A stretch of DNA of 64,000 nucleotides from Planctomycetota bacterium (GTDB lineage Bacteria; Planctomycetota; PUPC01; JACPCR01): positions 28,336 through 92,335 of the forward strand of contig JACPCR010000061.1 of assembly GCA_016179685.1 (NCBI GenBank), in the 5' to 3' direction. The notes under the pieces were generated by a model that saw nothing but the letters and a program-made list of their open reading frames with translations, was not told the origin of the DNA and searched no databases. Below are positions 38,623 through 48,505 of this stretch, in pieces; within the stretch, counting starts at the first letter, position 1; each line of letters begins with the position of its first letter. The position numbers and the translations under genes are program-made.

Positions 38623-39363
38623 ATGACGACCAGGGCCAGAAGAAGACCTTCCTTCGGTTCTCCGGATTTGAGGCTGCCCGACGATCTGCGGGGGCCCCTC
38701 TTGCAGCATCTCGCGGACCTCCGGCAGCGTTACCTTCAGCGCGGCTGGGGCGGCAGCACCGGTTTCGGCCAGAGGCCGGCCCTCCTGGTGATCGACCTCG
38801 CGCTGTTCTGGACGGATGCCCAGCAGCAGATCGGCAGCTCGCTCGACTCCGTGCTGCACGCCGCCCGCCGCGTGCTCCGTGCCGCTCGAAAAGCGAAGAT
38901 TCCCGTCTTCTTCTCGACGTACGACTACGATCCGGCTGAGCCGCCGAGCCCGCATTCAAGGAAGCTGAAACTCGCTCTGAAGCCGGGCGATCAGGACTTG
39001 TTCAAGCTGGACCCCCGGCTGAAGCATCGGCCCGGAGAGAAGGTCATCCGGAAGAAGTACGCCTCATGCTTCAAGGGCACCAATTTTCACGAGATGCTGG
39101 CGGCCCTGGGCGTGGACACGCTGATCGTGACGGGGATCAGCACCAGCCACTGCGTGTACGCGACGTGCCGGGACGCCACGGACAGCTTTCACGTCATCGT
39201 GCCGCGGGAGGCGGTCGGCGAGCGCTGCGAGCTCATGCACGAAGTGTTTCTGCACGACATCGGAATGGACCTGGCCGACGTTTTGCCCGCGGAGGAAGTC
39301 ATCGCTTACCTGGCTCGTAGACGTGTAGGGAAGTGCACCCGCACTTCCTTACACGCCTACTAA
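38623..39363 (+). CDS. isochorismatase-family cysteine hydrolase
   Basis: ALLVIDL (Asp), K in KKYASCFKGT, and Cys in VTGISTSHCV form the isochorismatase catalytic triad pattern. The 3' end overlaps the convergent gene's stop and encodes a hairpin. Confidence 0.75.
   Translation: MTTRARRRPSFGSPDLRLPDDLRGPLLQHLADLRQRYLQRGWGGSTGFGQRPALLVIDLALFWTDAQQQIGSSLDSVLHAARRVLRAARKAKIPVFFSTYDYDPAEPPSPHSRKLKLALKPGDQDLFKLDPRLKHRPGEKVIRKKYASCFKGTNFHEMLAALGVDTLIVTGISTSHCVYATCRDATDSFHVIVPREAVGERCELMHEVFLHDIGMDLADVLPAEEVIAYLARRRVGKCTRTSLHAY
39317..39360. repeat. palindromic hairpin element, family copy 2, embedded in the 3' end of the isochorismatase CDS at a convergent gene junction
   Basis: gtag-a-cgtgtagggaagtgc-accc-gcacttccttacacg-c-ctac. 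One G:T wobble position. Same apex as 9069, 45594 and 45809. Confidence 0.65.
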
Positions 39364-42300
39364 CGGCCGTAGACCGCCACGGTGTTGTCCATGTTCCCGG
39401 CGATGAGGATTTCGCCGTCGGGGCTGAACTGAAGGACCGTTGCGGTCCCCTTGTGCGGCAGCCTCTGGAGCATCTGGAGAGAGAAGAGGTCCCAGACCTG
39501 CAGGCCGCCGGTGGCCGAAGAGAGGGCGAGAAACTGTTCCTTGGGCGAGACGGCCATGGCAAGGACCTTGCCGCCATGGGGATCGAGGACCCGGCGCAGC
39601 TTGAGGGTCGAGGTATCCCAGAGGCGGACCAGGCCGTCGATGCCGCCGGTGGCGAGGGTGCGGCCGGTGGGAAAGAAGGCGGCAGAGGAGACGCCGCGGG
39701 CACCCGTCTCGAAAGAGCCGACAACCTGGTACTGAAGGAGGTCCACGAAGTCGCACTTGGAGGGCCGCAAAGCGACGGCGTAGAAGCCGTTGGGCGAGAC
39801 CGCCACGCCGTGAACCGGCCTGACGCCCTGGGGCAGCTTGGCGGAGCCGTCCCAGAGCTCGATCCCCATCTTCGCATCGGCGGTCTCGCTTTCCTTGTCG
39901 AGCCGGGCCTGAGCGTCCGGTGGGAGGTCACCCGCTGCGCCGGGCCCCTGTCCCGTGCCTGCGCCGGGCGGGAGATCGGACCCGCTCGGGGGACCCGGAA
40001 CTTCTTTGTCCGGTTTCTGGAGCAGCTTGACGCTGCTGCCGCTCGGGCGGAGCTCCCCCTCGACGAAATCGGGGACCGCATCGCCGATGGGTCTGCGCGG
40101 CGGGGCTTTCCCGGCCGGCTTCTTCACACCCTTGTACTTCTCGATGTTCAGACGCCATCTCGATTCCCCCTTCACCGTCTCCATCACGGCGTAAACGCCG
40201 CGCTCCTGCTCCGGAAGAACCCAGGTCGCATCGAGGTCCGGCGTCTTCCATGGGAATGTGCCCACCAGGTTGAACTTCTCGCCCAGCTCGAATTCCTTCA
40301 CTTCTCGGTCGGTCGAGACCAGGAGATGGTGCGTCCTGGCGTGGAAGGCGACCATCAGCACCGGGCGGTTTTCCCTCTGTTCGGCGGCGCGTTCGCCGGT
40401 GCGCGTCTCCCAGACGTCGATGCGGCCGCTCGGGGAGGCGGCGGCGAACCATTTCCCGTGGGAAGAGACGGCGATGGAGGTTAGCCCGGCGTCGGTATAG
40501 CGGGGCAGGCCCAGGGCATGAAGGAGCTGCAGAGGAGGGGCCGGGGGCGGCTCGGAGGGCTGGGGGAGAGCAACGACGTCCGAGCCTTTGACCCAACCGG
40601 CGATGCGCCGCGAGCCCAGGATGGTCACAATGCGGTAGGTAGGCTGGCGTTCCTCGGCCAGCAAGAGGGGCCAGGCTGCGGGCAGCTTGCCGACCATCTT
40701 GTCGCCGTCCATGACGTGGGTCTCATCGGCGCGGGTTGCGGCCAGGCCGGGTACGGCGATGTCCGAGCCCGACTTCTGAAGCGAAGCCTCCTCCATCCAT
40801 CCCAGCACTTCCTGGCCTGAAACGGCCAGTTGCACGCCGTACCACTTCCCCTTCTTGTCACGGACGGTCACCGCCTGCCCCTGTTTGAGATTGAGCAGGA
40901 GCTGATTGCCCTGGTAGAGAGGGGCCTGGTCGGAGGCGACGACGAGAGTGGCCCCGACGGGGAGGGATTCTTCCTCGACCTGGAGGAGGCCGTTCTCCTC
41001 GAGCTGGTCGATGGACACCTGGATGATGAAGGCCAGGTCCAGGTTCTGGGCGTTGGTCTCGAGGCCTTTATAGAGAGTCGAGAGGGCTGAACGGTCGCCC
41101 AGGTCCCCGAGCGTGCGGGCCGCGGCCATGCGGACGGCGACGGGCCCGGACTCGAGGAACGGGAGGAGGTCGGGCACCAGTTCAACCACTTTCTCCTCGC
41201 GGACGGTCTTGATGGCGGCGAGGACTCGGGGCTCGTTCTGGATATGCAGCTCGTTTTGCAGGCGCTTGATGGCCTCGGGCGAGGCGAGGGCGGCGAAGCC
41301 GGCCAGCACGTCGAGACGCTGGGCATCCTTCGCCTCGAGGGCAAGCTTCTGGAGGACCGGAAGGACGGAGGCGTCCTTGAGACGAGCGAGGGACTTGGCT
41401 GCCGCGATCCGGACCCGGATGTCCGCATTCGAGAGCAGAGGCTGCAGGACGGATTTCACCTCCTGGCCTCCGAGGCGGCCAAGCGCCTCGATGGCCGCCG
41501 TTCGGCTGGCGATGCCAGCCTGGGACCCGGCGAGCCGGACGAGTGCGGGCAGGGCGGTCTTGGCCTTGAGGATGGTCAAGGCCTCGATGGCGAGGAGTTG
41601 GGCGCTTTCCACCTTGGAATCGAGGACCTTGATGAATCGTTCGTCGGCTGCTCGCGAGCCGAGCAGGGCGAGCAGCTCGATGGCCCGTTCCCTGGCAACG
41701 ATGTCCCGCGAGTTCAGGTCCTGGACGAGCGGGGCCTCGACGGAGGACCCCATCAGGCGCACGATCGAGGTCAAAATCTGCCGCTGGGCGGGTACGGACC
41801 ACGAGAGATCGCGAAAGAGTTCCAGGAGGATTTTGGGGCCCCTGGCCGCCACCGTGCGGATCACTTCATCGCTGTTGATATCCTCGGCTTCCTCGCGGAG
41901 CTTCTGCAACAGGGTCGCCGTCGGTATCCGGTCCATCCGCGAAAGGTCCAGGTAACGCCGGGTCTCCCAACCGCCGATGAACTCCCGGAAATCATTCTCG
42001 TCTCGGATTTTAAGAATCTCCCCGTTGGCCAGGAGGATGAGGTTGAGACCCTCGTGGTTGCCAGCCTTGTCCCAGACGAGGGGCCGCAGCGCCGGGAGAT
42101 TGAGGTCGATCTTCTCCTGCACGATATCGAAGGCCGACTGGTAACCGACCAGGAACTCGCCGATCTTTCCAGGATTCGGGTCGCCGGGGCAGGTCAGGCC
42201 CTTGCGCGGGTCCACGAGTTTTTCCTTGGCCAGGTCCACCAGCTCGTCCGGGTAGTACTTTCCTTCGCCCTTGGCTTCAACGAACTTGTGGAGCGCCTGG

Positions 42301-42425
42301 CCGATCGCCTTCAGCCGGTTTTCGCATTCCGCGACCTCCTCGACGGCTTCCGGGACGGCCGGGCCAAAGAGAAGGAGGCCGAGTCCGAGGAAGAGGCGGG
42401 CGGGGATGTGCGGTGGCGTCATCAT
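39360..42425 (-). CDS. large secreted HEAT-repeat / WD40 beta-propeller protein
   Basis: Signal peptide MMTPPHIPARLFLGLGLLLFGPAV. PBS-lyase-type HEAT repeats (ERAIELLALLG, LAIEALTILK, RIAAAKSLARL, RMAAARTLGDLGD). C-terminal WD40 blades (LVRLWDTST, LQVWDL). Confidence 0.7.
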   Translation of the reverse strand: MMTPPHIPARLFLGLGLLLFGPAVPEAVEEVAECENRLKAIGQALHKFVEAKGEGKYYPDELVDLAKEKLVDPRKGLTCPGDPNPGKIGEFLVGYQSAFDIVQEKIDLNLPALRPLVWDKAGNHEGLNLILLANGEILKIRDENDFREFIGGWETRRYLDLSRMDRIPTATLLQKLREEAEDINSDEVIRTVAARGPKILLELFRDLSWSVPAQRQILTSIVRLMGSSVEAPLVQDLNSRDIVARERAIELLALLGSRAADERFIKVLDSKVESAQLLAIEALTILKAKTALPALVRLAGSQAGIASRTAAIEALGRLGGQEVKSVLQPLLSNADIRVRIAAAKSLARLKDASVLPVLQKLALEAKDAQRLDVLAGFAALASPEAIKRLQNELHIQNEPRVLAAIKTVREEKVVELVPDLLPFLESGPVAVRMAAARTLGDLGDRSALSTLYKGLETNAQNLDLAFIIQVSIDQLEENGLLQVEEESLPVGATLVVASDQAPLYQGNQLLLNLKQGQAVTVRDKKGKWYGVQLAVSGQEVLGWMEEASLQKSGSDIAVPGLAATRADETHVMDGDKMVGKLPAAWPLLLAEERQPTYRIVTILGSRRIAGWVKGSDVVALPQPSEPPPAPPLQLLHALGLPRYTDAGLTSIAVSSHGKWFAAASPSGRIDVWETRTGERAAEQRENRPVLMVAFHARTHHLLVSTDREVKEFELGEKFNLVGTFPWKTPDLDATWVLPEQERGVYAVMETVKGESRWRLNIEKYKGVKKPAGKAPPRRPIGDAVPDFVEGELRPSGSSVKLLQKPDKEVPGPPSGSDLPPGAGTGQGPGAAGDLPPDAQARLDKESETADAKMGIELWDGSAKLPQGVRPVHGVAVSPNGFYAVALRPSKCDFVDLLQYQVVGSFETGARGVSSAAFFPTGRTLATGGIDGLVRLWDTSTLKLRRVLDPHGGKVLAMAVSPKEQFLALSSATGGLQVWDLFSLQMLQRLPHKGTATVLQFSPDGEILIAGNMDNTVAVYGR

Positions 42426-42547
42426 CGCGGTTTCGTGGCGATATCCGGAATTTCAATCGCGTGGCTCATCATGAAAGCACAGGGGGGCGGGGAGCAGACC
42501 TCCGCCTTCATCAATCAGGACTCGCCGCCAGCAACCGTCTCGTGTCT

Positions 42548-44092
42548 TCAGTCTTCAGCCTTCAGCATGGCCTTGGCGAAGGCGCAACTCTCGCAGTTCC
42601 GGTCGTCCCGTTCGAAATCGGAGTAGAGCTGGTAAAGCCCCTGCTGCCGGCAGGCGGAAGTCACGACCGCGGAGGCGCGGGCTTCGTCGCCGAACACCCG
42701 TGCGGCCATGAACCGGGTGACGTTCGTCGGCGGCAGCGGCTGCCATTGATGATACACCTGGTGGAGGAGCGATTCCAGGCCAGGGTCTGGCCGCTGGAGG
42801 GCCCGGGCAAGGAGAGCGGGGAGGGCGACATTGACGAGCATGACGCCGATCCGGTCGCGCCCGATGAGGCGTGAGGGCCTGGTGGCGCGCCGGTCTCCGA
42901 AGGCGCACCGGAGCGACCAATAGGGGTCCCTGCCCGGGGAGAGCTCCGACTCCAGGGCTTGGGTGATGCGGCGTGATTCCTCCCGGCTCAGAGGTTGCCT
43001 CGAAAGACGCGGGTCATCAGGGATCGCTTTTTCGAGGGAGGCCACGAGTCCGTGGTCGAGGCGTCCGGCGAGCCAGTGGCTGGCGGCAGCGAGCCGTCGG
43101 GCGGGAAAGTTCACGGGCCTCGTGCCGGAGAGGTCCCAGTCAGAAGGCTGCATGTGGACGAGGCCTGTAAGGGCCGGCAAGCCGGCCAGGACTTCCGAGT
43201 AGGCCTGAAGCAACTTCTCGGTTTCGGCGTCGGCCAGGCCCGGAAGCCAGCCTTCCTGCGGCCACAGGCCGGAAAGCCGGAAGAAACAGGCCTGGAGGGC
43301 GATGGGACCGAGGGCGGCGGCAGGGGCGAGCGCCCGGAGGGGAGCGTTCCGGGCCAGGGTCTCAAACGCGTCCTGATTCCTCTTGTAGCCGAGCGATGCC
43401 ATCCAGGCTTCATAAAAAGCCTGGTCTTCACCGGCCTGCCGGGCCCGGCGTGCGAGGGCGCGGGCCTTCCGGAGGATGCGTTCGTCGCCTGCGGCCTCGA
43501 GAAACGAGGCCACCCAGGCCCCGTCCACCCGATTCTCCCGCAGGTAACGGTGGCACAGCCCCGCGGTGGGGGCCGAAGGGATTGGAAAGTGCTCCTGGGA
43601 GAGCGTGTCCAGAAGCTCGCCCAGGTCCCGGTCCAGGTTGTCCTCGACCACGAGCTGCCGGACCGGTTGACCTTGTTCGTTCACCACGAAGTCGCTCTCG
43701 CGGTCGTTCCAGAGGATCACATGGAGGAGGACGCGGTTATAGCGGGGGTCACGATGATGCTCGTGCCGATACCAATCGGACGCGCCGAGGTGGATTTCGA
43801 CGTCGCCGCGCTGGACGGGCTCGTCCCCGAAGGCGAGTTCTGCCTTGAGGAAATCGGGGCCGCCTTCGGGATTCCACCAGCCGGGGGTGACGATCCGGAC
43901 AGACTCACCGTCGAGCGTATGAAGGCTTCCGAGGGCGAGGTGCTGCCCGTACCAGATGCAGCGGACGACGCGCTCGCGGACCGGCACGCCGCGATAGTGG
44001 CCTTTCTCTTCGACCACGCCGGTGGCCCGTTCCACCGCCTCGCGATAACGTTCCATGAAACGGTACGGCGGGATGTTTTCTGGCTGGAGCAT
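42548..44092 (-). CDS. DUF2851-family protein (conserved, function unknown)
   Basis: 514 aa with the characteristic ...GDVEIHLGASDWYRHEHHRDPRYNRVLLHVIL... region of DUF2851 proteins. Confidence 0.65.
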   Translation of the reverse strand: MLQPENIPPYRFMERYREAVERATGVVEEKGHYRGVPVRERVVRCIWYGQHLALGSLHTLDGESVRIVTPGWWNPEGGPDFLKAELAFGDEPVQRGDVEIHLGASDWYRHEHHRDPRYNRVLLHVILWNDRESDFVVNEQGQPVRQLVVEDNLDRDLGELLDTLSQEHFPIPSAPTAGLCHRYLRENRVDGAWVASFLEAAGDERILRKARALARRARQAGEDQAFYEAWMASLGYKRNQDAFETLARNAPLRALAPAAALGPIALQACFFRLSGLWPQEGWLPGLADAETEKLLQAYSEVLAGLPALTGLVHMQPSDWDLSGTRPVNFPARRLAAASHWLAGRLDHGLVASLEKAIPDDPRLSRQPLSREESRRITQALESELSPGRDPYWSLRCAFGDRRATRPSRLIGRDRIGVMLVNVALPALLARALQRPDPGLESLLHQVYHQWQPLPPTNVTRFMAARVFGDEARASAVVTSACRQQGLYQLYSDFERDDRNCESCAFAKAMLKAED

Positions 44093-44478
44093 GGAGTCCG
44101 GCGCTACAGTCTAAGGGTGTAACTTCTCCGCGCCCGCTAGCGCGGGCACCCGGCGGAGAAGTTGAAAGGTGTCAGTTGATTCCTGAACCCTGACACCTTT
44201 TCCAGCCTTGTTCGGTTGCGGGCCTCGCCCGCCTTAGGCACTTGGGACGCCAAACTTGGAAACTTTTTTCGATCTGCGCCGCTTCGCGAATGATCTTTGC
44301 CGGGTTTAGAAGGTTCGGCTTTTTGCCATGGATCGCAGATCCCGCCGGGATGGCAAATCTGAAATCCGCGAGCCCAAAGGAGAAATGCCGCCGCCCTTCG
44401 GGCGTCTGCATTTCTTGTGAAATCCGCTTGCCGGCGGATTTCAACAAAAACTTCTGCGGACCCGCCAGGGGCGGCGGG

Positions 44479-45480
44479 TTAAGACCCCTCGTGCTCGTCC
44501 TTCGGCTCGCGGCGCATCAGGTCGCGGACGGCCCGAGCGGGACTCTTGTGCTGGAAAAGGACACGATACACCTCCTGGCAGATGGCCATTTCCACGCGGC
44601 ATCGGGCAGCCAGACCGCGGACGGAGCGCGTCGTGTCGACACCTTCGGCTACCTGTTCCATGGAGGACCGGATTTCCTCCAGTGATTCGCCACGACCCAG
44701 GCGTTCACCGACGGCCCGATTCCGGCCGTAGGGGCTTGCGCAGGTTGTGTAGAGGTCGCCCACCCCGGCCAGCCCGGCGAAGGTCTGGGGCCGGGCGCCG
44801 AGGGCCTTGCCGAGCCTGGCGATCTCGGCCAGACCACGAGTGAGCACTGCGGCCTTCGTGTTGTCGCCGTAGCCGAGCCCGTCGCAGATGCCCGCCGCAA
44901 TCGCAATGACGTTCTTCACCGCTCCGCAAAGCTCTACGCCGATGAGGTCCGAATTGGTATAGACCCGGAAATTGCCGCCGTTGAACAGCTTCTGCGCCTG
45001 CCGGGTGAGGGTGCGGTCCTCGGAAGCGATAACGACGCTGGTCGGCCGGCCCCGAACGACTTCCTCGCAGTGGCTGGGACCCGAGATGGCGCCGACCGGC
45101 ACGTTTCCCAGAACGTCGCGAATGACCTGGCTGCCTCGAAACAAAGTGCGGTTCTCGATGCCTTTCGATCCGCTGAGGACCGGCACGCCTTCGGGATAGA
45201 CTGGGCGCACGTGCTTCAGGGTCGGCCGGATGAACTGGGTGGGGACGGCTTCAACGACGAGCTGAACACCATCGAGCGCCTCGGCGGCATCCGTGACCAG
45301 GTGCACTTCGGGCGGAAGCTTGATGCCCGGGAGGTACTTGGCGTTTTCCCGCGTCTCCATCATCGCCCGCACGTAGTCCGAGCTGCGCCCCCAGAGTTTC
45401 ACGGCGCAACCCCGATCGCGGAGGTGGATGGCCAGGGCCGTGCCCCAGCCGCCTGTGCCCAGGATGCAAATGTTTCTCAT
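44479..45480 (-). CDS. gpsA: NAD(P)H-dependent glycerol-3-phosphate dehydrogenase
   Basis: ILGTGGWGTALA Rossmann motif, AVKNVIAIAAGICDGLGYGDNTKAAVLTRGLAE, 333 aa. Confidence 0.92.
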   Translation of the reverse strand: MRNICILGTGGWGTALAIHLRDRGCAVKLWGRSSDYVRAMMETRENAKYLPGIKLPPEVHLVTDAAEALDGVQLVVEAVPTQFIRPTLKHVRPVYPEGVPVLSGSKGIENRTLFRGSQVIRDVLGNVPVGAISGPSHCEEVVRGRPTSVVIASEDRTLTRQAQKLFNGGNFRVYTNSDLIGVELCGAVKNVIAIAAGICDGLGYGDNTKAAVLTRGLAEIARLGKALGARPQTFAGLAGVGDLYTTCASPYGRNRAVGERLGRGESLEEIRSSMEQVAEGVDTTRSVRGLAARCRVEMAICQEVYRVLFQHKSPARAVRDLMRREPKDEHEGS

Positions 45481-45593
45481 CGCTGGAATCCTGTGACCGA
45501 GAACGCGAACGCCGATTCCGAAGCGGACCCGTTAATCCGCCAAGCCGGATTTCTTATGCCGCCGGGATGAGAAATCCAACTTATCCTCCGCCG

Positions 45594-45639
45594 AGCAGAC
45601 GAGTTAGCAAGTGCACCCGCACTTGCTAACTCGTCTGCT
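45594..45639. repeat. palindromic hairpin element, family copy 3 (perfect 21-bp stem, accc loop, followed by TTTT)
   Basis: agcagacgagttagcaagtgc-accc-gcacttgctaactcgtctgct, then tttgg. Relative to copy 1 the stem carries a compensatory C:G to A:T change (ttCgc/gcGaa versus ttAgc/gcTaa). Confidence 0.75.
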
Positions 45640-45712
45640 TTTGGAAACCCCTCCCTCCCGTAGGGATTCCGCTGGGAAACGGGAGCACTGCGGGAGGCGA
45701 AACAAGAAAACT

Positions 45713-45771
45713 CGATATCCCATAAGTGACCAATTCACAAGTGGTTAAATTGGAATGACTCTTGAATTTCG
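45713..45771. repeat. conserved 59-nt intergenic block, copy B
   Basis: cgatatcccataagtgaccaattcacaagtggttaaattggaatgactcttgaatttcg; 55/59 identical to 9145-9203. Confidence 0.65.
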
Positions 45772-45808
45772 CCTCCCATCTGAATCCCTGCTGGAGGGGT
45801 TTCCGGCT

Positions 45809-45854
45809 AGCACACGTGTAAGGAAGTGCCCCCGCAATTCCTTACACGTGTGCT
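45809..45854. repeat. palindromic hairpin element, family copy 4 (perfect 17-bp stem, 12-nt loop gtgcccccgcaa)
   Basis: agcacacgtgtaaggaa / ttccttacacgtgtgct arms. The stem sequence is related to copy 2 (cgtgtaRggaagtgc). Confidence 0.7.
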
Positions 45855-46320
45855 ATGTAGAAGGAATGATCTCCCATGTCGTTACTATAATGAGAAGCCT
45901 CAGTCGGTCAACTCCATCGGATGCACCCGTATTGCCCCAGGGATGCGGGGCCGGGGGGCGTTGCCGCTGATGTGCGGCGGTTACACAGTCCAACCATTCA
46001 CAGACTTGACGCGACAGCGCTCAGCGAGAGACCGAAGACTCCCCATCCACCGTCACACGAATGCGCTCAAGCACATTTCTGCTAAAATGCCGACCATATA
46101 TTTCCATGCCTGAGGTCTGCCACGAATGACCCACGGTGTTCGCTGTGTCCATGTGACAGGCCATGTGCGGGGTGTATGGAGGTCAAGTCTGTTTGGGCTT
46201 TCGCTGTTCAGCATCACGGTAACTTTCTGTAAAGCAAGAGTTTAAAGCTCACACCATAACTGCTCGATGAGTTCGGGTAAGACGATCGGGTCAAAGCTAA
46301 GAGTTACGAACGGAGAACCC

Positions 46321-47103
46321 ATGAAGACCAACCTGGCTCGGAAAAGGCTTCGTGACGGGCAAGCGACGATCGGCACGTGGGCCGTCTATGATTCGCCGGA
46401 CCTTGTGGAGCAGATGGCGCACCAGGGCCTCGACTGGGTGGCCCTCGACTGGCAGCACGGCCAGTTTACCGAATCGACGCTGAATCAGGCGCTCGGCCGT
46501 TTCCTCGCCGTCTCCTCGTGCCCCATCGTCCGGGTTAAAGCGATCGATCCGGGCAACATCAACCGGGTCCTGGACATGGGGGCCATGGGAATCATCGTTC
46601 CCATGATCGAGAACGCGGAACAGGCCAGGGAGGTCGTCCGGGCCGCCCATTACCCGCCGAGGGGCGTGCGGTCCGGCGGGGGCGTGCGCCTGGGTCTGAT
46701 CGGGGGGGGCGGTTTCCCCGAATATCTCGGCCGCGCCCAAGAGGAAATCCTGGTCGTTTTGATGGTGGAGACCGAACCGGCGATCGATAATGTCGTCTCC
46801 ATCATGGAGGTGCCGGGCGTCGATGCGGTGCTGATTGGGCCCGGAGACCTGATGATCGATGTCAAGGCCCGGGGGCATGACGAGGCGCGCCACGAACATC
46901 TCGTCCTCCAGGTGGCCGAGGCCGCCCGCAAGACGGGCACGGCCGCCGGATACGTCTGCACGACCCGTGAGATCGTGGAGAAACGGATGGCGCAAGGCTT
47001 CCGATTCCTGAGCTACCGGTCCGATCATGCCATTCTCATGGACGGCTTCACCGACCTTCGCACCCAGTTCAAGGCCTGGACGCGGGAGGGTCAAGCGAGA
47101 TGA
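46321..47103 (+). CDS. HpcH/HpaI-family 2-keto-3-deoxy-acid aldolase
   Basis: GTW...DSPDLVEQMAHQGLDWVALDWQHG ... MGIIVPMIENAEQA ... ETEPAIDNVVSIMEVPGVDAVLIGPGDL matches the HpcH/HpaI class II aldolase pattern. GGAGAA RBS before the ATG at 46321. Confidence 0.8.
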   Translation: MKTNLARKRLRDGQATIGTWAVYDSPDLVEQMAHQGLDWVALDWQHGQFTESTLNQALGRFLAVSSCPIVRVKAIDPGNINRVLDMGAMGIIVPMIENAEQAREVVRAAHYPPRGVRSGGGVRLGLIGGGGFPEYLGRAQEEILVVLMVETEPAIDNVVSIMEVPGVDAVLIGPGDLMIDVKARGHDEARHEHLVLQVAEAARKTGTAAGYVCTTREIVEKRMAQGFRFLSYRSDHAILMDGFTDLRTQFKAWTREGQAR

Positions 47104-47852
47104 GAAGCATCCGAGAGGCTCTCTGGCTTTGGGGGACGAAAGTCAACGGCCTGGAAAGCATGGGATTCCCGCCCTCGCGGATGAGCGTCGCACGAGGCTT
47201 GCAGGCCCTGCGCCTGGACCAGGCCATGATGTGCGGATTCCTGCCGCCTGCGGAGGAGGAATACGCCCCGGTGAGCCATTGCCGCAAGCTGCTCTGGGAA
47301 ATGAGCTTCGAGCCGAATTTCGCTTTCGAGCGGCCCATGTCCCCGATCGTCGAGCTGCATCGGCGACATCCGAACGTGACCGGCGTATTACTGGACGACT
47401 TCAGCTCCATCGAGATCAAGAAAGGTGCCCGGCCAGAGGTTCTCGCCCGCATGCGCGAGGCTCTGCCCCCGTCACTCCAGCTCTGGATCGTTGTTTATTC
47501 CATGAACCTGGGCATCTCGAATCTCCCGGACTACCTGCGGCACGTCGATGGCATCAGCTTCTGGGTCTGGCACGCGAAGGACCTTCCTCGGATAGCGGAA
47601 TGGGTGGCGCGCTGCCGTGACCTGGCCGGCCCCAAGCCCATGATTGCCGGTCTGTATTTCTATGATTTCGGGGATGGGAAGCCGCTGACGGCCGATGCCA
47701 TGGCCCAACAAGTGGATTCGGGAGTCGAGCTTGTCCGATCGGGTCATTGCGAAGGTCTGTGCCTCTTAGGCTCCTCCATCATGGATATCGGGCTGGAGGC
47801 GGTGGACTGGACCCTCGGGTGGGTGGAGCGGAACGGCGACGCGGCGGTCTAG
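47100..47852 (+). CDS. hypothetical protein
   Basis: 250-aa ORF with normal composition, translationally coupled to the aldolase (ATGA overlap). No recognisable motif. Confidence 0.45.
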   Translation: MRSIREALWLWGTKVNGLESMGFPPSRMSVARGLQALRLDQAMMCGFLPPAEEEYAPVSHCRKLLWEMSFEPNFAFERPMSPIVELHRRHPNVTGVLLDDFSSIEIKKGARPEVLARMREALPPSLQLWIVVYSMNLGISNLPDYLRHVDGISFWVWHAKDLPRIAEWVARCRDLAGPKPMIAGLYFYDFGDGKPLTADAMAQQVDSGVELVRSGHCEGLCLLGSSIMDIGLEAVDWTLGWVERNGDAAV

Positions 47853-48011
47853 TGTGCCGATTTCGAAGCGCGGGAATATTTCAGAACTCGAGTACTGGAG
47901 GGGCATTCTCGGGTAGGACGAATCGGCGCGGTCCGAAAGTCGCGCCCGGCCTGTGTTGCGAGAGCCCGAGGGATGGATAGAACGATGAGGAGTCATGAGG
48001 GGATACATTGA

Positions 48012-48374
48012 ATGGGAAGGACTCCTGTTACCGTGATAGTTTGTAATCCGGCCCAGCTTGACCGAACGTGGGAAGGGCTTTTTCTCGTGGATACTGACGC
48101 CGTGGATTGCTGGGTAGCCGGCGAATATTTGCGGGGTATCGGTATCGAGCCCCGCGGAAAACGTTTCTATGAATGGGCTGATGGCTCGGAGGTCAAGTTC
48201 GATATCGCGACGGGGGAGACCAAATTTATGGGCGATATGGTGGGAACGACCGTCATTTTCGTCTCCGATGACGCCGAACCCATTCTGGGTGTCACGGCAT
48301 TGGAGTCCGCAGGTATTGAAGTGAATCCGCGCAGCCAGCGAATGAAGCGCCTGCCGGCGCCGCGTCTAAAATAG
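48012..48374 (+). CDS. small retropepsin-like (clan AA) protein, paralog of 33846-34199 with D-T-D in place of D-S-G
   Basis: Alignable to the first copy (LFLVDTDAVD versus FLVDSGAMYS; GVTALESAGIEVNP versus GVVTLENLGLVLNP). 120 aa. Confidence 0.55.
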   Translation: MGRTPVTVIVCNPAQLDRTWEGLFLVDTDAVDCWVAGEYLRGIGIEPRGKRFYEWADGSEVKFDIATGETKFMGDMVGTTVIFVSDDAEPILGVTALESAGIEVNPRSQRMKRLPAPRLK

Positions 48375-48505
48375 TCAACGCACGCATTTTTGACGAATCG
48401 CCCATTCGCTTCGAAGGACCGTTAAGAAACGGCATCCTGTCGAGGGGGCCTGATGCCCCTTGCGGACGTGCCTCCCACAAGGGTGTCGTCATCGGAGAAA
48501 CGCCT

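Noticed and set aside
44395-44445. Possible gpsA terminator hairpin (gaaatccgc...gcggatttc).
   Set aside because: Only a 9-bp stem with no U-tract on the relevant strand. Too weak to call.
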